A DNA stretch of 16,790 nt from Promethearchaeota archaeon (lineage in GTDB: Archaea; Asgardarchaeota; Lokiarchaeia; Sigyniarchaeales; SOKP01): the NCBI GenBank assembly GCA_048940925.1, contig JBHLOC010000053.1, positions 6,823 through 23,612 on the forward strand, given 5' to 3'. Shown one piece after another: positions 1-8,087 of this stretch. The notes under the pieces were generated by a model that ran no database searches, had not been told where the DNA came from, and saw only the letters and a program-made list of their open reading frames with translations. A program made the position numbers and the translations under genes. Positions within the stretch are counted from its first letter, which is position 1; the number at the start of each line of letters is the position of its first letter.

Positions 1-1
1 T

Positions 2-658
2 ATTGTATTTGATGATAAATGTCCTAAACCTGGATTCTTACCAAGTTTTGGATTCTCTGTGCTGATCTATAATCATTTCACAGGGAGATTCTCTTTATTT
101 GATACAGGTGGGAATGGTAATATATTAATCCATAATATTAAACAATTTAATGTAGATGTTTCAGACATAAAAAATGTTATAATTTCGCATAATCATCATG
201 ATCATGCGGGAGGTTTAGACAAAATTCTTCAAATTAATCCTAATGTAGATATATATGTGCCTAAAGCTCATTTAAAATCTTATTTAAGAAGATATTCTAA
301 CTACAAAGTTCATGGATTCTCAGAATTAAAATTCATAGAAAATAACTTTATACTTTCAGGAGAAATCAAAGGAAATTTTATATCAGAACAAGCTGTTTTC
401 TTGAAGACTAAAAGTAATGAATTAATTATATTAGTAGGATGTTCACATCCCGGAGTAGAACAATTTATATTGAGAGCTCAAAATATCGGAAATATAATAG
501 CCATTATTGGCGGATTTCATGGTTTTCGAAAGCTCTCATATTTGGAAAACATTGAATTTATTGGTGCGTGTCATTGTACACAGTATTTGAAATTATTAAA
601 AGAAACATTTCCCAATCAATTTAAACGTATTTGCCTTGGAGATCATTATCTCTTTTGA
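2..658 (+). CDS. MBL-fold metallo-hydrolase, MJ0448/DHPS-like family (5' truncated by window edge)
   Basis: The frame is open from base 2 (IVFDDKCPKPGFLPSFGFSVLI...), so the true start lies upstream of the window. Motifs: GFS, LFDTG, SHNHHDHAGG (HxHxDH), GCSHPG, GGFH, CHCT. Confidence 0.85.
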   Translation: MVFDDKCPKPGFLPSFGFSVLIYNHFTGRFSLFDTGGNGNILIHNIKQFNVDVSDIKNVIISHNHHDHAGGLDKILQINPNVDIYVPKAHLKSYLRRYSNYKVHGFSELKFIENNFILSGEIKGNFISEQAVFLKTKSNELIILVGCSHPGVEQFILRAQNIGNIIAIIGGFHGFRKLSYLENIEFIGACHCTQYLKLLKETFPNQFKRICLGDHYLF

Positions 659-674
659 AAAATAGAAGTCTATA

Positions 675-1333
675 TTAGTAAATATATGGAATCAAACGTT
701 TAGTTTTTTCCATATATATTTCATAATCCTTGCCAAATTTTTCTTTAAGTATATTTTCTTCTAAATCCATACGATTTTTAAATAAGATAAATAAGGAAAG
801 GAAAAAAACAAAAGGTGATATAAGACTTCTAAACGACAAAGCATATCCAAAAAAACTAAGATCATTCCGAGATATAGTGGATGCCTTATATATTTATATA
901 TCCCTTTAATTATTAAGCGATGATTTTCCTCAATAGTAATCTTAGAGCTCCCATATTTTCCAAGTAATAATCTGCTATATATTAAAATAATTCCACCAAT
1001 GATTAAGAGGAAAATACCACATAGATATGTGATTGAATTATCCCAAATTCTAAGAATCTGTTGAATGAAAACGAGATTTTCTAAATATGGAAGAATTACA
1101 ATAAGAGGAAGAAGTAGGAATAACAAAATAGAGATTATAGGATATTTAAATTGATCTTTTTTTGAAGAAATCGGTCTAATATTAATATCTAAACATAAAA
1201 TTATATTGAAAATCATTAAAATGAGTAAGTTATTAATATTAGAATAGACCTCCTTAGCGAATATTAAGAAACCTAAATTAAGGAAAGAGATTAAAAATAC
1301 TGTAGCAATAACTTTTCTTAAATAATTTTTCAT
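675..1333 (-). pseudogene. Isoprenylcysteine carboxyl methyltransferase (ICMT/PEMT) family membrane protein, interrupted by a -1 frameshift (or a homopolymer sequencing error)
   Basis: The ORF 761..1339 carries L(I)xxGIYKYIRHPLY and then drifts off-family after the A7/T7 run at 849-855. Adding one T gives ...VFFGYALSFRS...KNRMDLEENILKEKFGKDYEIYMEKTKRLIPYIY* ending at TAA 677-675, the canonical ICMT C-terminus. ATG at 1333; restored length 219 aa. Confidence 0.8.
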
Positions 1334-1453
1334 TGTCAATCTTTTAAAAAATATTTAAAATATATTTACTTTAGATTAAAGTTTTATTTGAGTAGTTATA
1401 AATTTTATGTATACTTCTTTTCTACTTATTAGATTAGTGGTTAAATACTTTAA

Positions 1454-1469
1454 TTTAGGAATACCTAAA
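1454..1469. promoter_or_regulatory. Palindrome TTTAGG-AATA-CCTAAA in the divergent ICMT promoter region, candidate operator
   Basis: Perfect 6-4-6 inverted repeat about 25 nt upstream of the 1493 gene. Confidence 0.3.
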
Positions 1470-1492
1470 AATTTAAATAGCAGGAATAATAT

Positions 1493-2077
1493 TTGAAATT
1501 GATGGAAATTTTTCCAAGAATTCAGCTAGTGTTTTTAGGCGGATGGATGTTATTAGTTTGTAGTTGGTTAATAACCTTAATTCCACTTACTCTTTTACCA
1601 AAATCAGTTGTCTCGAGGTTGTTTGATAGATCTACATTTACTAGAAAACAAAAAATCCATACTATAATTTCAAAATTATTAGGACTAATAGTTCTGATTT
1701 TATGTTTTTTCTCTCCTTTAATTTTTGGGTGGGAACTTATACTTGGATTAACTTTATTTGGAATAGGAACGATTGGGTTAATAATTGCGATATTAAATTT
1801 TAAAAATACTCCACTTGATACACCGGTAATGCGGGGATTATATAGGATTTCACGTCATCCCCAAGAAGTTATGATATTCATTTATATTTTAGGCATTGTA
1901 ATAGCTATAGGCTCTGGAATTGCTCTAATTATATTGCTTATCTCTCGAATCTTTTTTCATTATAGAATATTAGCTGAAGAAGAAGCTTGTATAAAAAAAT
2001 ATGGAGATTCTTATTTAAAATACAAGAAAAGAGTTCCGCGATATTTTTTAAGAATTCAAATTAGTGAAATAGGATGA
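1493..2077 (+). CDS. ICMT/PEMT family membrane methyltransferase
   Basis: Several TM segments; GLYRISRHPQ, RILAEEEACIKKYGDSYLKYKKRVPRY. Start is TTG 1493 or ATG 1502. Confidence 0.85.
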   Translation: MKLMEIFPRIQLVFLGGWMLLVCSWLITLIPLTLLPKSVVSRLFDRSTFTRKQKIHTIISKLLGLIVLILCFFSPLIFGWELILGLTLFGIGTIGLIIAILNFKNTPLDTPVMRGLYRISRHPQEVMIFIYILGIVIAIGSGIALIILLISRIFFHYRILAEEEACIKKYGDSYLKYKKRVPRYFLRIQISEIG

Positions 2078-2688
2078 TAGAATCACTACATATTAAAATT
2101 TTTTTTATTATTTCAATACTATTATTTCTAGTCGGATTTTTTTGGCCTCTCATTTTAGTTAAAAAAAGCGGAAAAAATCCACATGGTACTCATGAAGGAG
2201 CTTCTATTTTAACCAGACTTAGTTCAGTGTCAATTTTTTTATGGTTAGGATTCATTATTTTATATTTATTTCTCAATAATACTTTAGAAAGCTTTTTGCA
2301 GTTTGATTTTTTGGCTAATGATATTATAGTTTTAATTGGTATGGTGATTGTATCTATAGGTTTTTTATTTGAAATCTTAGGAATTAAAGCACTTGGGATT
2401 AACTTTAGGATTGAACTACCTACTGATGAGACTGAACTAATTACTTCAGGAATTTATAGACAAATGAGAAATCCCATTGTTTTTGGAATTTTTTTGCTCG
2501 TTATTGGAAGCTTTTTAATTATACCAACAGGAATTACATTAATAATAACAATATTCAACATTATTACGTTTAATTCAAAAGCAATTACTGAAGAAAAGTA
2601 TCTGTTAAGTAAATTTGGTGAAGCATATAGAAAATATAAGAATTCAGTAGGAAGATATTTACCATTTAGGATAGCAAAAAAAACCTAA
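2074..2688 (+). CDS. ICMT/PEMT family membrane methyltransferase
   Basis: ALGINFRI, LITSGIYRQMRNPI, EEKYLLSKFGEAYRKYKNSVGRYLP. ATGA overlap with the upstream gene suggests translational coupling. Confidence 0.88.
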   Translation: MIESLHIKIFFIISILLFLVGFFWPLILVKKSGKNPHGTHEGASILTRLSSVSIFLWLGFIILYLFLNNTLESFLQFDFLANDIIVLIGMVIVSIGFLFEILGIKALGINFRIELPTDETELITSGIYRQMRNPIVFGIFLLVIGSFLIIPTGITLIITIFNIITFNSKAITEEKYLLSKFGEAYRKYKNSVGRYLPFRIAKKT

Positions 2689-2705
2689 AATATTGTTTTG
2701 AAATT

Positions 2706-2915
2706 ATGAAAATTTTAAAACATGGTGCGGGGGTATTAGGTAGTCTTTATGCTGCGAAGTTATCTGAATTTGGCTATGATATGTCGATATTAGATCGAGA
2801 TTAGCATTTAAAACCAGATGATATGTTTGATTTAGCAATGGTGATTCCAACCATTCTTTTTATGGGGAATAATGCGAAAGCGACTTTACTTAAAAATTTA
2901 GAGGGAAAAGTTTAA
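2706..2915 (+). pseudogene. Degraded 2-dehydropantoate 2-reductase (PanE/ApbA family) N-terminal remnant
   Basis: ATG 2706 reads MKILKHGAGVLGSLYAAKLSEFGYDMSILDRD* (Rossmann GAGxxG). After in-frame TAG 2802-2804 the same frame reads HLKPDDMFDLAMVIPTILFMGNNA..., matching later segments of this family with internal deletions; ends TAA 2913-2915. Confidence 0.7.
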
Positions 2916-2918
2916 ATA
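2905..2918 (+). promoter_or_regulatory. Putative archaeal BRE/TATA promoter of the 3010 gene
   Basis: GAAAAG-TTTAAATA about 95 nt upstream of ATG 3010. Confidence 0.45.
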
Positions 2919-3009
2919 TCAAAGGATAAATTATAGTATCAGTATATTTACAATACAGTAAATAAGTAAATTATACAATAAAATTCCAATTTAAAGGCGA
3001 AACCTAAAA

Positions 3010-4125
3010 ATGAAAAGAATTTGGTATAAATATATACTATTAATCTTTTGCATATTTGGATTAGTAGGTACTTTTGGCTCAATAAGGACAGCTTTTAGTG
3101 AATTTGACAATGATGGGCTCAAACTTTCTTCAACACAACAAAAAGTGGGAATTTTAAATTCTTTTGAAGTATCGGGTTATTTCGTAGGGGTACCACATAA
3201 TTATTATTCAATTATTTATAATGGACTAACGAGTAATGGTATAGATACAGTTCTTATTACTAACTATGATATTCTCATGGGTGATTTATCCACTATAGAT
3301 GTTCTTATCTTAATCGACAACGTACCCAATACTGATGCTTCATTGATAGTTAAAGATTGGGCTCAAGCTGGAGGGAATATACTTTCCTTTGATAGTAGTA
3401 TTTGTTTCTTAAATTGGGCGGGATTACTTCCACCAGAAGCAGAAGGAATGCCGGGGTATGGGCTGTATTGGGATTATATGTCTCCTTACGAAGGTGTAGT
3501 GATTAATGATATCCATCCTATTATGGCGGGTTATGGTGTTGGCGATATTCTCGGCATAAGTTGGTGGGGTGATGCGCAGTATTTTTCCAGTGTGATGATG
3601 AGTTCTTCAGTCGGAATGTATTATACCCCTTTAGTAAAAGCAAGCAATAATAATGACCGAGATCTTGTTGTTGCTTTAGATAATCCTTCTTATGGAAGAG
3701 TGGTACAAATTTGGAGTCAAGTGCATTGGGAAGCTCCTAATTTCCATCAGATGATTCTAAATGCCATTAATTGGCTTAGATCGCGGATGGTCTATGCAAC
3801 AGTCGATTTTAACCCTAATACATTAAATCAAAAGAGCAAGGGAAAATGGATTACAGTCTATATAGAATTACCAGAAGGATCCGATGTAGATGATATCGAC
3901 ATAACGAGCATTTTGCTCAATGAAATTTGTCCCATAGCTGATTCAAGTCCGTCTGGGATTGGTGATTATGATGAGGATGGCATTCCAGATCTAATGGTAA
4001 AGTTCGATCGACAAGCTGTTATTGGATTATTTAACCCTGGTGAAAACGTAGAAATAATGATATCTGGAGAGTTAAATGATGGTACTCCATTTGAAGGAAC
4101 AGATACAATTCGCGTTATCATTTAA
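3010..4125 (+). CDS. Exported protein: signal peptide, class I GATase-like (flavodoxin-like) domain and C-terminal archaeal surface-protein domain with a DxDxDG motif
   Basis: N-terminal MKRIWYKYILLIFCIFGLVG signal-like segment; DLSTIDVLIL...VKDWAQAGGNIL and GRVV...MILNAINW fit GATase-like/ThuA-type folds; C-terminal ~110 aa ATVDFNPNTLN.KSKGKWITVYIELP...IGDYDEDGIPDLMVKFDR. Confidence 0.7.
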   Translation: MKRIWYKYILLIFCIFGLVGTFGSIRTAFSEFDNDGLKLSSTQQKVGILNSFEVSGYFVGVPHNYYSIIYNGLTSNGIDTVLITNYDILMGDLSTIDVLILIDNVPNTDASLIVKDWAQAGGNILSFDSSICFLNWAGLLPPEAEGMPGYGLYWDYMSPYEGVVINDIHPIMAGYGVGDILGISWWGDAQYFSSVMMSSSVGMYYTPLVKASNNNDRDLVVALDNPSYGRVVQIWSQVHWEAPNFHQMILNAINWLRSRMVYATVDFNPNTLNQKSKGKWITVYIELPEGSDVDDIDITSILLNEICPIADSSPSGIGDYDEDGIPDLMVKFDRQAVIGLFNPGENVEIMISGELNDGTPFEGTDTIRVII

Positions 4126-4138
4126 CGTTTAAAATCTA

Positions 4139-4158
4139 ATTTTCTTTTTTTTTATTTT
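4139..4158 (+). terminator. Oligo-T archaeal-type terminator after the 3010 gene
   Basis: TTTTCTTTTTTTTTATTTT just downstream of stop 4125. Confidence 0.5.
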
Positions 4159-4383
4159 AAACTTTTTCTATTATATATAAATGAAATTTGTTTATCCAAA
4201 AGATTTAGAAAGTATATTCCTTTTATGATTAGGGAAAATTAAGTAATATTTAAATCACTTGCTGTTAAATAAGTGAGCTTATTATGGAACATATAAATAA
4301 TGTATTTTTTAACAATTACCAAATCAATATATTAAATTTCATATCTTTAGATTTAATTTAAGAGATGAATTAAAATAAATAAG

Positions 4384-4393
4384 AAAAAAAAAA
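4384..4393 (-). terminator. Oligo-T terminator after the beta-propeller gene
   Basis: A10 on the + strand (T10 on the - strand) 12 nt past the stop at 4405. Confidence 0.5.
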
Positions 4394-4404
4394 TAGTTTA
4401 TTTA

Positions 4405-6018
4405 TTATTCAATTTTTCGACGTTTTTTAAGTATAAAAACCGTTACTATGCTAGCAATTGCTATACTACCTATAATTGATGATATAATAATTATGAGTTC
4501 AAAAGGGAAAGCTTTATCTTTATCTCCTTTATCTCCATTGTTTTCCTCACCATCTCCTTTTAAAATAGGTTCTATTTTTATCCATTGTGCGTAAACATCG
4601 TAGTTCACAGCATTTCTCTTATCAAACCATGTGATAATTGCTCCCCCTTCTTCATCGCTGCATATTTGAGGTTGATGTTGTGCTAAAGCTACTTTACAAA
4701 CAACTACACCATCAGTAACTCCTTGTATTTCTCCAGTTGAATTAAGTCTTTGAGAATATATATCGCCCCATGTATCTCTTGAATCTTCCCAAGTAAGAAT
4801 AGCACCCTCACTTCCATCGTTGCAAATTTGAGGAGCTTTTTGATCCTTATCTGCAGCACATACTACCACACCATCGATACTCCATTGCACATATCCATTT
4901 GAATTGATTTTTTGAGCGTAAATGTCTGCATCCGTTCCTCTCGAATCTTTCCATGTGATGATTGCATTTCCTGTTCTAAGGCTACAAATTTGAGGCGTTT
5001 CTTGGTCATTGTCTGCTGTGCATATTGCAGTACCATTAGCATTCCATTGCACATGCCCTGTTGAATTAATCCATTGAACATAGATATCAAAGTTCGTTCC
5101 ACTTCTATAATCGGTCCATGTTATTATTGCACCGCCAATCCCATCACTGCAAATTTGAGGTTGCCATTGAGTATTATTTTCTGTACATATAGCTACACCA
5201 CCATCAACCCACACTACATCTCCAGTTGAATTAATCCGTTGAGCATAAATACCTCTTGAATCCTCCCAGGTTATAATGGCACCTCCAGCTCCGTCGCTGC
5301 AAATTTTAGGGAAAATCTGATCACCACCTTCTATACAAATTTCTGTACCGTTAGCGTTCCATACCACATCTCCAGTAGAATTTACTTTTTGGGCGTAAAT
5401 ATCGTAGTTCTTCTCGTTTCTGTAGTCGGTCCATGTGATGATCGCACCATCAGTACCATCGCTGCAAATTTGAGGTACCACTTGAGTTTCGTTTGCTGTA
5501 CAAATTTGTGTACCATTAGCTTCCCAAATCAAAGTTCCATTTGAATTTATTTTTTGAGCATAAATATCGTAGTTTAATCCGTTTCTTTTATCATTCCATG
5601 TAATTATTGCATCTCCATTTTTGTCATTACAAATTTGTGGAGATCCTTGAGTATTATTTGCTGTACAGATAGCTACACCACTATCAACCCACTGTATATC
5701 TCCAGACGAATTAACCTTTTGAGCATAAATATCACCGTTCAATCCACTTCTCTCATCTTCCCATGTGATGATCGCACCACCCGCACCATCACTGCAAATT
5801 TGAGAATACCATTGGTTATTGTTTTCTGTACATATTGCTATACCATTAGGAAGCCATGTATATACTTTAGATAATTGAGGTGTTTCTATCTTAATTGCTA
5901 TTGATTTTTGAATTCTTGAAGGAAATTTTCTAATAAATGCAGTATAAATAAGGATATATGTTGTTGAGATCATTATTAAAATCAAACTTATAAGTTTGAC
6001 ATTTCTTTTTTTCAACAA
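4405..6018 (-). CDS. Membrane-anchored cell-surface protein with eight ~55-aa repeats (predicted 8-bladed beta-propeller)
   Basis: N-terminal hydrophobic signal/TM; 8 copies of WxxNGxxICxxxxxQxxPQICSDGxGGAIITWxDxR...DIYAQKINSxG; acidic/Gly linker; C-terminal TM followed by basic tail LKKRRKIE; many N-x-S/T sequons. TTG start. Confidence 0.8.
   Translation of the reverse strand: MLKKRNVKLISLILIMISTTYILIYTAFIRKFPSRIQKSIAIKIETPQLSKVYTWLPNGIAICTENNNQWYSQICSDGAGGAIITWEDERSGLNGDIYAQKVNSSGDIQWVDSGVAICTANNTQGSPQICNDKNGDAIITWNDKRNGLNYDIYAQKINSNGTLIWEANGTQICTANETQVVPQICSDGTDGAIITWTDYRNEKNYDIYAQKVNSTGDVVWNANGTEICIEGGDQIFPKICSDGAGGAIITWEDSRGIYAQRINSTGDVVWVDGGVAICTENNTQWQPQICSDGIGGAIITWTDYRSGTNFDIYVQWINSTGHVQWNANGTAICTADNDQETPQICSLRTGNAIITWKDSRGTDADIYAQKINSNGYVQWSIDGVVVCAADKDQKAPQICNDGSEGAILTWEDSRDTWGDIYSQRLNSTGEIQGVTDGVVVCKVALAQHQPQICSDEEGGAIITWFDKRNAVNYDVYAQWIKIEPILKGDGEENNGDKGDKDKAFPFELIIIISSIIGSIAIASIVTVFILKKRRKIE
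4579..5856 (-). repeat. Intragenic tandem repeat, 8 units of about 150-165 nt
   Basis: Recurring nucleotide blocks such as CCATGTGATGAT, GCAAATTTGAG and TTTTGAGCATAAATATC at ~165-nt spacing, corresponding to the protein repeats. Confidence 0.85.
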
Positions 6019-6296
6019 TAATCGCCCAATTTATAAGACTTGAAAGTGTTTCAATAATTTAACGATTATGTTAATAATACAGATAATTTGTTTTAAAAAA
6101 GTTTCTTTATTTAAAAGATACGTACCTTTTAACCTATGATTTTTTAATTTAGATTCAAAAAGTAAATTACTTTATTTTCTTAATTTTTTTAATTGGATTT
6201 TGATGATCTCTTGAGATTTTATAAAGCAAACATAAATATCTCTAGATTTTTGTTTTATTGTAATTGAAATAGAAAAATTATTGTAAGGTGAAATTA

Positions 6297-6647
6297 TTGG
6301 CAGAATTAACAGAAGTAGAAGAAAAAGGTGAGATTGAAAAAGAAGAAGAACCTAAAAAGAGAGTTATAGTTCCAGAAATTTGTATGTATAACAACGAAGA
6401 TAATACGGGATACCAAATTGAAATCATTTTACCTGGTGTTGAGAAGGATACAATTAAATTACAAATGAATGAAAACAATTTGATTGTTTATGGCGAAGCT
6501 GATTCAATAAATTATGGTGCATTATATCAATTATGCGGTCCTATAGAACCAGAAAAGGCAAAATCCACATATAAAAATGGTTTGTTAAAGATTGAGGTTC
6601 CATATTTAGATATATTAAAAGATACAGTTGATGTTGAAGTAGAATAA
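6297..6647 (+). CDS. Small heat-shock protein, Hsp20/alpha-crystallin family
   Basis: YQIEIILPGVEKDTIKL...IEPEKAKSTYKNGLLKIEVP, C-terminal VEVE (IXI/V-like). AGGTGA at 6286-6291 favours TTG 6297 over GTG 6288. Confidence 0.88.
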   Translation: MAELTEVEEKGEIEKEEEPKKRVIVPEICMYNNEDNTGYQIEIILPGVEKDTIKLQMNENNLIVYGEADSINYGALYQLCGPIEPEKAKSTYKNGLLKIEVPYLDILKDTVDVEVE

Positions 6648-6659
6648 ATTCTTTTTTTT

Positions 6660-7925
6660 TCATATTTTTTTAGGGATAACTTGAAAATTTAAATTTCTTT
6701 TTACATTTCGTGAAAGATATATCAGAAGAGTTAAAACAGCAAGCCCAAAAATCATAATAAATACATGTATTGAATATAAATATATTTCAACGGAGTATCC
6801 TGCTATGATAGGGGTTAACCCAAAGCCAATGCCAATTAATATTTCATTTATGGTTGAATATTTAGTTGAACTCTTTGCAGTTCCATATTCTAGCATAATT
6901 TTCATACAAGTTCCATGAATTAGACCTAAGAAAAGTCCTGAAATGATAGTTAGTATTGAAATATACCATATATTTCCGAGGAATACAAAAAGAAATGCAA
7001 CCAAGGGAATTGTAATCATGCTTATGAGTGACGCTGTTTTTCGATCATAGATATCCATTGAATTAATCCATGTCAAACCAACGAGTTGCATAATTTGTAG
7101 GCCACATTGTATAAGATACGACAAATAAGAGGGGCTCTCAAAAGCCTTCAAAAGAATAGGATAACCAAAAACAAAAACTGATTTTGAGGTTGCTAAAAAC
7201 ATTATACCTATCCATGAAAATAATATTGGGTATATAATCATAGGTGTATTTGAATTAATTAACATATCTTCTTTGATATCTATATGAGAAATAGGATCTT
7301 CTGTTTGAAATTTTGTAATTTTGAGTAAGATAGGTTCTGCTGATTCTTTTTCAATGAAAAAACTAATAGGAATTAATAGAAACGATATTATCCAAGAAAT
7401 AAACATAGCAAAATAATCGCTCCACGAAAATGCCCAGACAAAGCCAATTAAGAGGCCACTAATAAAACCAAAATTCCAAGAGAAATTAAAATTTTTAAAA
7501 TTTCTTTTTGATCGTTCAATACTACTTACCTGTTGCCATTTACTTAATAAATTCATGCAATTTGGCCAGAAAATCCCTAAAGATAATCCCAATAATATAC
7601 GGCATATTATCAAAAACCATGGCTCAGGAATAAGTATTTGAGCTCCTGTCAAAAGTGGTGTAAGGACAGAGGATAAGATAAGTGAGTTTCGAATTCCAAG
7701 CTTTTTAGTGATTTTTTGACCAAGTACGGGGGCAAAAATATACGCTATAGATCCGACAGAAGAGATAAAACCTAAAATACTCTCACGGATATCTACTACA
7801 AAATATAGATAATTTTGAAGAGATCTTTCAAAAATAGAAACATAAAACAGTCGTACAAACGCAAGCATATATATTGGCCAAGTATGATAACTTTGAGCTG
7901 AGAATTGTTTATATGATAAAGCCAC
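6660..7925 (-). CDS. Major facilitator superfamily (MFS) transporter
   Basis: 421 aa, about 12 hydrophobic segments in two halves with a central hydrophilic loop; motif-A-like GQKITKKLGIR, motif-B-like CRILLGLSLG, GFGLTPIIAG. Confidence 0.85.
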   Translation of the reverse strand: MALSYKQFSAQSYHTWPIYMLAFVRLFYVSIFERSLQNYLYFVVDIRESILGFISSVGSIAYIFAPVLGQKITKKLGIRNSLILSSVLTPLLTGAQILIPEPWFLIICRILLGLSLGIFWPNCMNLLSKWQQVSSIERSKRNFKNFNFSWNFGFISGLLIGFVWAFSWSDYFAMFISWIISFLLIPISFFIEKESAEPILLKITKFQTEDPISHIDIKEDMLINSNTPMIIYPILFSWIGIMFLATSKSVFVFGYPILLKAFESPSYLSYLIQCGLQIMQLVGLTWINSMDIYDRKTASLISMITIPLVAFLFVFLGNIWYISILTIISGLFLGLIHGTCMKIMLEYGTAKSSTKYSTINEILIGIGFGLTPIIAGYSVEIYLYSIHVFIMIFGLAVLTLLIYLSRNVKRNLNFQVIPKKI

Positions 7926-8087
7926 AGTTTTATACCTTCACATATTTTGCAGTGAAATAATACTATCTTCAAATAGTTTTTTAAATTTAGAGCTCAGTAT
8001 TTAAGATATTTATATTCATTCTGGTATGTAATCTATAAATATTAACCAAAAATAGATTAAATTATCAATACTTTTTCTATTAAAAAT

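Noticed and set aside
2802-2804. In-frame TAG in the panE-like relic as pyrrolysine/readthrough
   Set aside because: Readthrough would give only 69 aa with large internal deletions; decay is the simpler explanation.
4579-5856. Tandem ~165-nt repeats as a CRISPR array or DGR template/variable repeats
   Set aside because: The repeats are degenerate, in-frame protein repeats without unique spacers; no cas or reverse transcriptase gene is in the window.
4863-5874. Short ORFs 4863..5102 (-) and 5635..5874 (+)
   Set aside because: Alternate-frame or antisense shadows of the repeat propeller gene, with no motifs.
6278-6478. ORF 6278..6478 (-)
   Set aside because: Antisense shadow of hsp20.
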